A stretch of 64,000 bases of DNA, taken from positions 21,240 to 85,239 of the forward strand of contig JAUYIT010000008.1 of NCBI GenBank assembly GCA_030688315.1, in the 5' to 3' direction. The DNA is from Candidatus Komeilibacteria bacterium (GTDB lineage: Bacteria > Patescibacteriota > Patescibacteriia > UBA1558 > UBA10009). The notes below the pieces were generated by a model. It saw nothing but the letters and a program-made list of their open reading frames with translations, was not told the origin of the DNA and ran no database searches. Shown piece after piece: positions 46,807 through 56,165 of this stretch (position 1 is the stretch's first letter; the number at the start of each line of letters is the position of its first letter). The translations under genes were made by a program, and so were the position numbers.

Positions 46807-47147
46807 TTCTTTCGCCCTTTATTTAATTTTTTAATAATATCATCAGCGTCTGCTTTATTTTTAATATCACCCATTACTTGCCGGAAGGCAAAGCCAAATC
46901 CAGGATGAAGTTCATTCATGCGTTTTAATTCTTCAACTGGCGGCCGTGTGTCAAAAGTTAATAAATAATCAACCTTTACTTCTAATAAATCGGCAATTTT
47001 ACTTAATACATGATTGGATGGAAATCTCCTTCCTAATTCAATATCCGAGATAAAAGGAGCGGATAACTTTAATTTATCAGCGAATTCACGCAAAGAGTAT
47101 TCTTTTTTCTGCCTTAAATCCCTAATTATATTGCCTAGATTTTCCAT
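46803..47147 (-). CDS. XRE family HTH repressor
   Basis: SLREFADKLKLSAPFISDIELGRRFPS; 4-nt overlap with the IrrE-like gene. Confidence 0.9.
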   Translation of the reverse strand: MENLGNIIRDLRQKKEYSLREFADKLKLSAPFISDIELGRRFPSNHVLSKIADLLEVKVDYLLTFDTRPPVEELKRMNELHPGFGFAFRQVMGDIKNKADADDIIKKLNKGRKK

Positions 47148-47218
47148 ATTTACAGCTTAGTTTAACTAGTGTAAGCTTATAATGTTAATCAATTTTTGTC
47201 AATCAACCGTCAACATAT

Positions 47219-48022
47219 ATGAATAAAAGGGTAAATAAGCCGCATCTTTCTTACAAGAAAAACATGGATAACATGAAGCTCCTGGCCTCATTTAGTGAAT
47301 TTCAAACTTTAGTTGGCGAGGCAAGAAAATTTTTGGATATTCCAGAAGAAGGATTATTAAATGGTAAAGATTCAGAAAAATGGCATAAGGGATTTGTTAA
47401 AAAGAGCGATTTTATAATAGAATCTAAAAGCTTTAATGAGCGGTGTAAAAAGATAAGTGAAAAATTAAAGTCAGGGGAAATTACTAGAAATATCGCTAAT
47501 GAGCAGTTAAAGCTGTTACACCAGCAAATTCCAATTAATTACTTAACGAACATGGTTAAATTTATTGTTGATAAATTTTATCTACCTTTAAATTACCAAG
47601 ATAGCATAAGGCGGTATATTTTATTGAATAAAATAGAGGCACCTTACAATAATTTTATTGTTGGACCTTATATTAATATTAAAAAAATGAGCGATGTTAG
47701 GTTTGTCCCTATTACCATTTACGCTAAATTAACTAGGGAAGAAATTAAAGACCTTCAAAAGGAAATAGACCTGGTTGGCGAAAATTTGCCAGTGTTTAAT
47801 CCTTTAAAAGATATTGATAAAAAATTAGCATTTGAAGAATGGTTAAAAGAGGAAAATCGGCAAAGATCCTCTTACGATGAAGAGTATGTTTTAACAGTGG
47901 CCGAAATAGCGGAAGATAAACTTGGTAGCACAAAAAAGGTCAAGAGCATTTATGATGCTATAAAAGGGTTGAAAGACCTCAGAAAAAAACGATTTAAACA
48001 GTCGGGAAAAACTGAACCATAA
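47219..48022 (+). CDS. Hypothetical protein, possible C-terminal HTH
   Basis: 267-aa ORF divergent from the XRE gene; LTVAEIAE...SIYDAIK near the C-terminus. Confidence 0.6.
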   Translation: MNKRVNKPHLSYKKNMDNMKLLASFSEFQTLVGEARKFLDIPEEGLLNGKDSEKWHKGFVKKSDFIIESKSFNERCKKISEKLKSGEITRNIANEQLKLLHQQIPINYLTNMVKFIVDKFYLPLNYQDSIRRYILLNKIEAPYNNFIVGPYINIKKMSDVRFVPITIYAKLTREEIKDLQKEIDLVGENLPVFNPLKDIDKKLAFEEWLKEENRQRSSYDEEYVLTVAEIAEDKLGSTKKVKSIYDAIKGLKDLRKKRFKQSGKTEP

Positions 48023-48050
48023 AATCCCGACTGGCTAAAAGCGTAATATG

Positions 48051-48077
48051 ATACCGTGAAAATATACTTCACGGTAT
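48051..48077. promoter_or_regulatory. Inverted repeat upstream of the ParB-MTase gene
   Basis: ATACCGTGAA-AATATAC-TTCACGGTAT followed by a T-run; a second IR GTCGGGA/TCCCGAC lies at 48001-48031. Confidence 0.5.
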
Positions 48078-48100
48078 TTTATTATTAACCAAAAAAATTT

Positions 48101-49444
48101 ATGCCCAAAAAGCAAAATTTTAGTAGGGACAAGTTGGACATCAACTATGTCCCCATCTCGATACTCAAGCCCATCGATCTAAATCCAAGGGTTTGGTCTA
48201 AGGATGCCATAGGTCAGTTAAAAGAGAGTATCCGTAAATTCGGAATGGTCGATCCTCTTTTAGTTAATTCAGCGCCAAATCGTAAAAACTTTGTTATTGG
48301 AGGCAACTTCCGACTTTCAATAGCAAAGGAAATGGGCATTGCTGAAGTTCCAGTGGTGTATGTCAATATACCTGATCCTGAGCGAGAAATGGAACTGTGT
48401 GTCCGCTTAAACAAAAACGTCGGCGCGTTCGATATGGATGCCTTAGCAGACTTTGGCGAGAGTTTCCTTAAAGACATTGGTTTTTCTAGTGAGGAATTGG
48501 ATTCTATCTTTGAGATTGATGAATTACCGGAAGTATTTGATTTAAACAAGGAATTGGCCAAATTGGACATTAAAAAAGTTGAGGCAAAGAAAGGCGATGT
48601 TTGGCTACTTGGTAATCATCGCCTTTTTATAGGCGACAGCATGATAGAAGAAGACATGTTGAAACTTATGGATGGCCAAAAAGCCGATATGTGTTTCACG
48701 GATCCACCATATATTTTGGACTACCTCAAGGGCAAGAAGAAAAAAGGCGAAGCAACAACTGGTTTCGGCTATAAGCGTGACCGTAGGTATTTGGAAACCG
48801 ATGTTTTGCCACCTGATTTTACCGAAAAATGGATCGGCAACGTGGCTAAAGTAGCTAAAGATGATTTCAGTATTATTATTTACGAAAACTGGAAAAACAT
48901 CAGAACCATTTGGGGTGAGATGGAGAAATACTGGAAAATCAAAAACATGATCGTTTGGCATTTACAGAATCGAACTCAGGGTTTTGCCGGTAGATACAAA
49001 TTCTTTTCCAAACATGATATTGCCATGGTTGGAACTTCGGAAAAGCAAGGCGGCCTTAACCTAAAGACAGAAGAAGAATTACTGCAAAACGAATACGAGA
49101 CCGCTTTGTACGCCATTTCCGGTCATCCGCAGTGGGAATCTTACGAGAAAGGTAAAAAATACTGCCCGACTGACTTTATTGAATACAAAGCTAGTGATGA
49201 AAAATCTTCTGGACAAGGAATTATTTTCGGCACTAAGCCCTTGGAAATCCTGATTCCTTATTTAAAGGTACTAACTAAGCGTGACCAACTAGTACTAGAA
49301 CCATTCGGTGGCTCGGGTAGCACGTTGATTGCTTGTGAAAAAATGAAACGCAAGTGTTTCTTAATGGAAAAATCTCCTGTCTACGCCGAAGTGATAAAGG
49401 CCAGGTGGCAAAAATTAACCGGCCAAAAGGCTAAAAAGTTATGA
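48101..49444 (+). CDS. ParB-like domain fused to an N6/N4 DNA methyltransferase
   Basis: NPR..ESIRKFG..DPLLVN..GGNFR (ParB-like); GDVWLLGNHRL, TDPPY, TKP and EPFGGSGST (methyltransferase). Confidence 0.9.
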   Translation: MPKKQNFSRDKLDINYVPISILKPIDLNPRVWSKDAIGQLKESIRKFGMVDPLLVNSAPNRKNFVIGGNFRLSIAKEMGIAEVPVVYVNIPDPEREMELCVRLNKNVGAFDMDALADFGESFLKDIGFSSEELDSIFEIDELPEVFDLNKELAKLDIKKVEAKKGDVWLLGNHRLFIGDSMIEEDMLKLMDGQKADMCFTDPPYILDYLKGKKKKGEATTGFGYKRDRRYLETDVLPPDFTEKWIGNVAKVAKDDFSIIIYENWKNIRTIWGEMEKYWKIKNMIVWHLQNRTQGFAGRYKFFSKHDIAMVGTSEKQGGLNLKTEEELLQNEYETALYAISGHPQWESYEKGKKYCPTDFIEYKASDEKSSGQGIIFGTKPLEILIPYLKVLTKRDQLVLEPFGGSGSTLIACEKMKRKCFLMEKSPVYAEVIKARWQKLTGQKAKKL

Positions 49445-49905
49445 GTAAGGATGAAAAGAAAAAGGCAACTATTCAGGTGAGAAAGAATAAGGATAAGCTC
49501 GCCTTACTGGAAAATCTTAAATCAATTCCAATTATTGAGGTGGCTTGTAGTAAAGCGTCAATCAGTCGAGCTACTTACTATCGTTGGCGGGACGAAGATG
49601 AGGAATTCTGTAAAAATGCTGATGAAGCAATCGCCGAAGGCGAGAAAAGGATTAATGACATGTCAGAGTCACAATTGATTTCATTAATTAAAGATAGAAG
49701 CATGCCTAGCATCGCCTTCTGGCTTCGCCATCATCATCCTAAATACTCCAATAAGTTGGAGGTGGTAGCTAATATTAATAACTCTAATCAACAATTAACA
49801 CCGGAACAACAGGCCGTTGTTGAGAAAGCCTTAACTTTGGCTTTTACTAACAATGCTGAAAATTCCGGGGAAGAAAGTAAGCAACTATATGGAACAAGTA
49901 TTTGA
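49441..49905 (+). CDS. Terminase small subunit-like HTH protein
   Basis: ACSKASISRATYYRWRDEDEEF HTH and IAFWLR motif; ATGA-coupled to the MTase and overlapping TerL. Confidence 0.65.
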   Translation: MSKDEKKKATIQVRKNKDKLALLENLKSIPIIEVACSKASISRATYYRWRDEDEEFCKNADEAIAEGEKRINDMSESQLISLIKDRSMPSIAFWLRHHHPKYSNKLEVVANINNSNQQLTPEQQAVVEKALTLAFTNNAENSGEESKQLYGTSI

Positions 49906-51388
49906 TTCGGAAATGTTAAAACGCATTTACGAAGATGGTGCAGTGCGCAAGGCTATTGCTCGTCAAAGCCACTTCATGCACTTTAATATTTACCACGCTG
50001 GGTATATTAAATACCCAACAGCACAGTTCCAAAGAGAAATCTTTGCGATTACTGAAGATCCAACGATTAAGACAGCTGTAATCACGGCCTTCAGAGGGGC
50101 CGCTAAGTCATCTATTATCACTACCTCTTATCCCATCTGGGCAATACTTGGGTTGCCTGCTAAAAGATTTGTCGTAATAATCAGCCAAACTCAACGTCAG
50201 GCTAAACAGCACCTGCTCAACATTAAAGCGGAGCTCGAAAGCAATGAATTGTTGAAGACCGACCTCGGACCGTTTACAGAGGATCGCGGCGAGTGGGGGT
50301 CATATAGCTTAATAATTCCCGGCTATAATGCCAAAATTATGGCCGTCAGCATTGAAGAAAGTTTTAGAGGTATCAGGTACCTTGAAACAAGACCAGATCT
50401 GATTATTTGTGATGACGTTGAGGATTTGGATTCGGTTAAAACTAAAGAAGGCAGGGATAAGACGTATCGCACTTTAATGGCTGATATATTGCCCTTAGGC
50501 GACCTTGATACCAAGGTTATTATCACAGGGAACCTTCTGCACCACGATTCGTTAATAATGAGATTAAAAAAGGATATTGAAGAGGGGCGTTTTAATGCCA
50601 CCTTCAAAATGTATCCATTAATTGACGATGATGGCAAGATCTACTGGCCGGGGAAATTTCCAGATCAGAACGCCTTGATGGAATTCAAGAAAAACGTTCC
50701 CAGCGAAATTGATTGGATGAGGGAATATTTATTGAAAATCATGCCGGATGATGGGCAAGAAATTCTGCCGGAGTGGATTCACTATTATGACGAGATTCCT
50801 CATGACAAAAAGGCCTATCGTCATACTCTTACTGGAGTTGATCCGGCGGCGTCTGAAAAAACCCACGCTGATTTTACAGGTATCGTATCGGCTAGGATAT
50901 TCGGCTATGGGGCGGATATGAAAATTGTAATTTTACCTAATCCAATTAATAGAAAGATGGGGTTCCCTGAAGCCGTTGCGGAACTTAAAAGACTTTACGA
51001 TTTTAAGGACGGCGGAAAGTCCAGACGAATATTGGTTGAAGGGTATGGTTATCAAAAGGTGTTAGCTCAAATGCTTGTAAGTATTGGTATTCCAGCTCAA
51101 GAAACGATTCCCTTAGGCATGGATAAACGAGCCCGGTTAAGAATGACTTCGCAGTTTATATCTACCGGAAGGATTGTGTTTCCAAGGCACGGAGCCGAAG
51201 AGTTGATCAATCAGCTGGTTTACTTTGGGGCTGAAAAGCATGACGATTTGGTTGATGCTTTTACCCTGGTTGTTTACAAGGCGTTAGAAGAGATGAAAAA
51301 ACCTGCTGTGCCAGAAATTTGGTTTATAAATCATGGTCATTCAGGTAGAAGAGGTTTGTCTGATTTTATCGATGAAGATGATGACTAA
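49889..51388 (+). CDS. Phage terminase large subunit-like protein
   Basis: Walker A AFRGAAKS, Walker B LIICDDVE, ITGN, nuclease GVDPA...HDDLVDA. Confidence 0.85.
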   Translation: MEQVFDSEMLKRIYEDGAVRKAIARQSHFMHFNIYHAGYIKYPTAQFQREIFAITEDPTIKTAVITAFRGAAKSSIITTSYPIWAILGLPAKRFVVIISQTQRQAKQHLLNIKAELESNELLKTDLGPFTEDRGEWGSYSLIIPGYNAKIMAVSIEESFRGIRYLETRPDLIICDDVEDLDSVKTKEGRDKTYRTLMADILPLGDLDTKVIITGNLLHHDSLIMRLKKDIEEGRFNATFKMYPLIDDDGKIYWPGKFPDQNALMEFKKNVPSEIDWMREYLLKIMPDDGQEILPEWIHYYDEIPHDKKAYRHTLTGVDPAASEKTHADFTGIVSARIFGYGADMKIVILPNPINRKMGFPEAVAELKRLYDFKDGGKSRRILVEGYGYQKVLAQMLVSIGIPAQETIPLGMDKRARLRMTSQFISTGRIVFPRHGAEELINQLVYFGAEKHDDLVDAFTLVVYKALEEMKKPAVPEIWFINHGHSGRRGLSDFIDEDDD

Positions 51389-51441
51389 ATCAAGAATCGG
51401 GATCGAGCCTTTGGTTATAGTCATGATAAATCAATGACCTG

Positions 51442-51484
51442 TAAAACTAAAAACTCCGGTGGTAAGCCGGGGTTTTTAGTTTTA
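51442..51484. terminator. Bidirectional terminator closing the terminase operon
   Basis: TAAAACTAAAAACTCCGG...CCGGGGTTTTTAGTTTTA. Confidence 0.75.
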
Positions 51485-51505
51485 ACCTCAATAAAGTGTG
51501 CTTGA

Positions 51506-52450
51506 TTATTTCTGCCAACTATTTCCATCAGCAAAGTGAGTTTCATAAATTTCAGCTGTAATTTTAGTGGCGGTATCATAGCCGAAAAGTTCCCAAGATA
51601 TATCAATAGTAGCTCCGGGGTTTATTGTTTTTTGAGCGATGCCATCAAAATTATTATCGGACAAAAATCCATTAACTGGCTCATCAAAATTATTAAAAGT
51701 TTTAATGTTAACTTTGAGTCCATCTATAATTTTTTCGGAAATATTTTTGACTTTTAAATTAGCGACAGGGGTGTCGATAATATTTTTTGTTACGCTGGTT
51801 GAAACTATTTCAACAGGCGATGGTTCTTTATTATCAATGACGTTAACTTGCTGCTCCGAATCATTATCTGATTTAACGGGATTGTTTGAATTTACTATTT
51901 CCTTTACTGAACTGGACATTGCAATAGAACCACCGATGATCGCCATTATGATTAAGGCAATAATCATAGTTAGCGAACGATGTTTTTCATAGAAAGTTTT
52001 GTCCTCTTTTTCTTCATCTTGGTCACTGCCTGATTTTTCCAGCTTCTTATTAAAATTATTGGCAATAAGGTGGAAAATCAATCCTCCGAATAAGCCGATG
52101 ACAAAGCCGAGTCCAATGGCCATAGTTCCACCGATGGCGGCTCCTAAAGCGGCACCTGCCTGTGCGGCACCACCATTTGTTTGAGTAACAACACTTGACC
52201 CAAAGGCAACCGTGAATACTATTGCCGAAATCGGTAATAAAAACATACCAATTTCCGAGATCCTGAACAGTTCTTTTAACAAGCGGTTTTTATTACCGAT
52301 GTTAAAAACTAAAGCCGCTGTGAATGCCCAAAAAAGGATAAAGGCAATGCCTGCTCCTTTATTTAAGGTCATCCAAGCGTAATTCTGAGTGAAAATGATT
52401 GCTGGAAGCAAACTCACTAGAATTTTAGATGCGATGTATTTTTTATTCAT
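51506..52450 (-). CDS. Membrane protein with C-terminal extracellular beta domain
   Basis: About 5 TM segments, Gly/Ala zipper GGAAQAGAALGAAIGG, and C-terminal domain ending HFADGNSW. Confidence 0.7.
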   Translation of the reverse strand: MNKKYIASKILVSLLPAIIFTQNYAWMTLNKGAGIAFILFWAFTAALVFNIGNKNRLLKELFRISEIGMFLLPISAIVFTVAFGSSVVTQTNGGAAQAGAALGAAIGGTMAIGLGFVIGLFGGLIFHLIANNFNKKLEKSGSDQDEEKEDKTFYEKHRSLTMIIALIIMAIIGGSIAMSSSVKEIVNSNNPVKSDNDSEQQVNVIDNKEPSPVEIVSTSVTKNIIDTPVANLKVKNISEKIIDGLKVNIKTFNNFDEPVNGFLSDNNFDGIAQKTINPGATIDISWELFGYDTATKITAEIYETHFADGNSWQK

Positions 52451-52484
52451 AATACATTTTTGGTTAATTAATAAATTTGCGGAA

Positions 52485-52630
52485 AACCAAAAAGTTCCCC
52501 GCTAGCCCAGGCTTGTTTAAGGCCCCATACCCGTTTCCAGATATGACCGCAAAGGTAAGCTAAACGAGGAACTCCTCGTAACCTTTGCGGATTTACAACC
52601 ATGCCCGTTGAAACTCAACGAGTTTAGGCT
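52485..52630 (-). promoter_or_regulatory. Structured 5' leader with mutually exclusive stems (attenuator-like)
   Basis: CCGCAAAGGT/ACCTTTGCGG stem, GAAA-tetraloop hairpin, and GTTCCTCGTTTAGC/GCTAGCGGGGAAC stem followed by a U-run. Confidence 0.5.
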
Positions 52631-52723
52631 ATCTAAATTGTGCCTTTATAATAGCTAAAAATAAGAAAAAATGGAAGTCCTAGTTACCGACAGGTTACCA
52701 ACTGGGCAAAATCATAATATCAA

Positions 52724-52745
52724 AAGCCCCCGTAAATAGGGGCTT
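52724..52745 (-). terminator. Terminator after the methyltransferase
   Basis: AAGCCCC-CGTAAATA-GGGGCTT, with T-run on the - strand. Confidence 0.55.
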
Positions 52746-52809
52746 ATTGATTACGGATTAATTATTTTTCCGCATTGATCGCAAGTAACTATAAGTGGGG
52801 TTATAATTA

Positions 52810-55800
52810 TCAAGATTCAACGACTCTTATTTCGTCTTCAGTGAGATCATAAAGTTTATACACCAATGTATCTATTTGATGTTCGAGATCTTTGACCTTT
52901 GCTTGTTCTGCAGAATTATTCTTATATTCCGGAAGCTTGGCGATTTCTGAAATTTTTTCAACAAGATCAGTAAATGATCTTTGCTCATCGGGCAATATTT
53001 TCTTTATAGGGAACTGATCTAAATGCCTTCTTTTAACATATGGGAACACTTCCTTGTTGGTAATAAAAAATTGACTATAAATATACGTGAAGAGTTTAGA
53101 ATTTAATAGGGCTAATAGATATTCTTCTTGCACGTCCTTATCTTTAATGACAATGTTATATAAAGATTGGATAGTAAAAAACTTTTTTGTATCAAGACAA
53201 GCTGTAAATTCTTTACCAGTTTTTCTTAGAAGTATTTTTTTATCCGATAAGTATACTTTTTCATTATCATTACTATGAATTTTCTCCTTATCAAAATTTA
53301 CATAATTACCCCTATCAATATAAAACCATTTAAAAATATCTTTACCTGACAATATCGGCTTACTATTTTTAAAAATAGGGCTATCGGATATCATTTCTTT
53401 CTGACCTCCAGTCATAATCCCGATGTAATTTAAAGCTATTTTACCTAATAGTTCAGATCCTTGTTTCATCTTTTCCAAAATTGAATCTGCTATACTTCCT
53501 TTTGGAAAATCAAAAACATATTTATCATTACTTTTGTATTTATCCTGATTAATAAGTACCCGTTTTGACTTATCGAATAAATCATCGAATAAAATAGTGT
53601 TATCTGAATTATTTGGATCTTTTTGAAAAACAGAAATTATATTATCAACAATAATTCCATTAAAAATATTAGGAGGAAGTTTATTGAATATCTTTATCCG
53701 AACATTATCAAGTAAAAACTTTCTTATCTTAAAAGAATAAAAATTTGATACAAAATTCCACGGGCTTATAAAAGTTATGAAGCCGTACGTTTTTGATATT
53801 TTAATTGCCATCTCAAAAAACAAGACATATAAATCGAGTTTATCATAAGCCGATTCGAAAAGTGTTGAGTATATCTTTTTTTGAGTGTCGCTAATTTTTC
53901 CGTATTTTGTAGTTACATAGGGCGGATTTGCAATAACCACATCAAAACCGCCATTCTCTTGAAAGACTTCGGAAAAATGTAGTTTCCACAAAAAGAATGG
54001 TCTTGAGCTTTCTCTTTCTAGCTTCTGGAGTGTTGACTGTATAGCTTCTATTTGTTGGTCGGCATCCTTAATTTTCTTTTCGTCTTGAGTATTTTTCTTT
54101 ACAGTATTTAATCTTTTAATTTCTTCATCGCATTTCGCCGTTATAAAGGATTGCTCTTTTTCATCAATTTTCTGTTTTAATATGAGTTTCTTGTTTTTAT
54201 TATTTTCCTCAAAATAAACGCTATGTAATTTTTTTAGTTCAGTAAAAATATCTTCACTTTTATCTCTAAAAAGTTTTTCTTGCGTTTTTTTCTCAAAAAG
54301 ATTTTTCATCTCTTTGGTACGATGATCAACCTTAACCAAATCATCAAGATTAAATTTAATAATCGTATCACCAATAACCAAATCCTCAATCAAGCTATTG
54401 CCCTGCATTATTTTATAATCCAAGTTCGGCAATGGTTTGATTTGTTTAATATCGTCCTCGTCAACGATTAAAGAGAGCCATAAACGAAGCTTGGCAATTT
54501 CAACAGCTCCCGGATCAAGGTCAACACCATAGAGAGAATTTTGAATGCAATCACGCTTGAAGCCGTAAACCGTTCGGTCGGTATTTTTAATATAACTAGA
54601 AAGCACAGTCCGAGCTTTTACTATCTCGCTCATCATACCAACCGGAAAAGCCCCGGAGCCAATGGCCGGATCGCAAACTTTAATAGTAGCTAGTTTGTCA
54701 TCAATTTCCTCGGCAAACTTACCAATGGATTCTGGTAAAATTGATTCATACGTGCCTTTATAGCCCGGATCGTCTTCTTTTTTGGCAAGATAGGTAGCTT
54801 CGTGCTCGGCGACATTCTCTCCAAACTTAATAAGCTCCTCTAAATCTTCTTTGGAGACTTTACTCTCAAGCTCGGTTGCAAGATAATTGATCAAACTTTG
54901 TTCACACATATAGTGAACTATTTCCCGAGGCGTATAGTAGGTGCCCTTGGACTTACGGTCTTTAACTTCCAGTAAGTTCTCAAACACCTTGCCAAGCATC
55001 TCTGGGTCCACGGCTACCTCTTTTTCAAGAGGTTCGTCTTCTTTAACAGTGAAGTTGTAACGATCAAAGATGTCCAAAATGCCATCACCAATGTCGCCAG
55101 TTTTTTAAATTCTTGTGATCATTTGAAAATAAGTCGTTTGGAATATTTATTGCTGTGTTAACCCAATCATAATTATTGATCGGGTCAAAAAGACCGCCGT
55201 TCAAAAATGGAATTTTACATTCGAAACGGCTATAAAAATCATCGTCTCTTTCTTTGGCTAAAGCTTCATAAAACAACGGTTCAAGATAATCGTTAAAATA
55301 ATTTTTATTTGCGTCGCAAGCTTTGGTAAATAAAGTCCTCAAAAACCACTTATCACCATCGCCCCAGCTTTTGATCATCGGAACACCAAACCAACCTTTT
55401 TTCTGTAAGAAATATAAGAAAACAATTTGACCAAGTAATTTTTTAGAAAAGTCTACGATGTTAACATTCTTATCGGTAAAATCTTTTTTGATAGCCGGAT
55501 CATTACTAACAATATCTTCCAACGTCTCTTGAACTCTAAGGAATAGATCCCGATATTTTTCAAAAAATTCTTCGGTAACCTTTTCAATGTTAAAGGCTTC
55601 TTCAAGTCGCTTAAGCAAAGGATTATGGCTATCGTCCTCAACAATGGGAGAGAGGCGACTTTGGGCAGTATGGCTATTTTCGTTTGTACCAACTAAAAAC
55701 GACCAGCGTTTGGCTGGGGTAAACTCTTCTTTTACCTTGGCGCGTCCATTTTTGCCTTCCTCAAATTTATATTCCATCTTAACCAACGAGAAACGCCAAT

Positions 55801-56161
55801 CGCCGGAATCCGGAGACACAAAAGCAACTAAGGCCGCATCTTTTTGTTTTCCACCCCGACTACCATTTAAATACCAAGCAATAAAATTCCTTTGTCTCGT
55901 CCTTGCTCGTTCAAGCGTTGAATTCTTTTTTAGATGAACAATAAGGACATCAATGCTATTTTCGCCATCAAAATATTTACCGACTCTTTCAAATGTGCTT
56001 ATATATTGATCGTATGCGTCGGGAATAGTGTTTCCGCGATAAACAAAAGAAGCCTCTTCGTAAGAATTAAGGAGTTCACGGATAAATCTGATAAACTTTG
56101 TTTTATCAAAAGAATTTTGAAATACATCCTTTACCAGATTTTGTGACTGCTTTTTCTCCAT
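52810..56161 (-). pseudogene. Type IIG/Eco57I-like DNA methyltransferase with TaqI-like TRD, split by a single +1 frameshift at 55101-55106
   Basis: ORFs 55085-56161 (YFLQKKGW, IPFLNGGLF) and 52810-55077 (PEMLGKVFE, GTYYTP, DPAIGSGAF, NPPY) join in frame if one A is removed from the A6 run. Confidence 0.8.
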
Positions 56162-56165
56162 ACGT

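Noticed and set aside
55098-55109. Programmed -1 frameshift at the TTTAAAA/AAAAAAC slippery heptamers
   Set aside because: The downstream methyltransferase frame is +1, not -1, relative to the upstream ORF.
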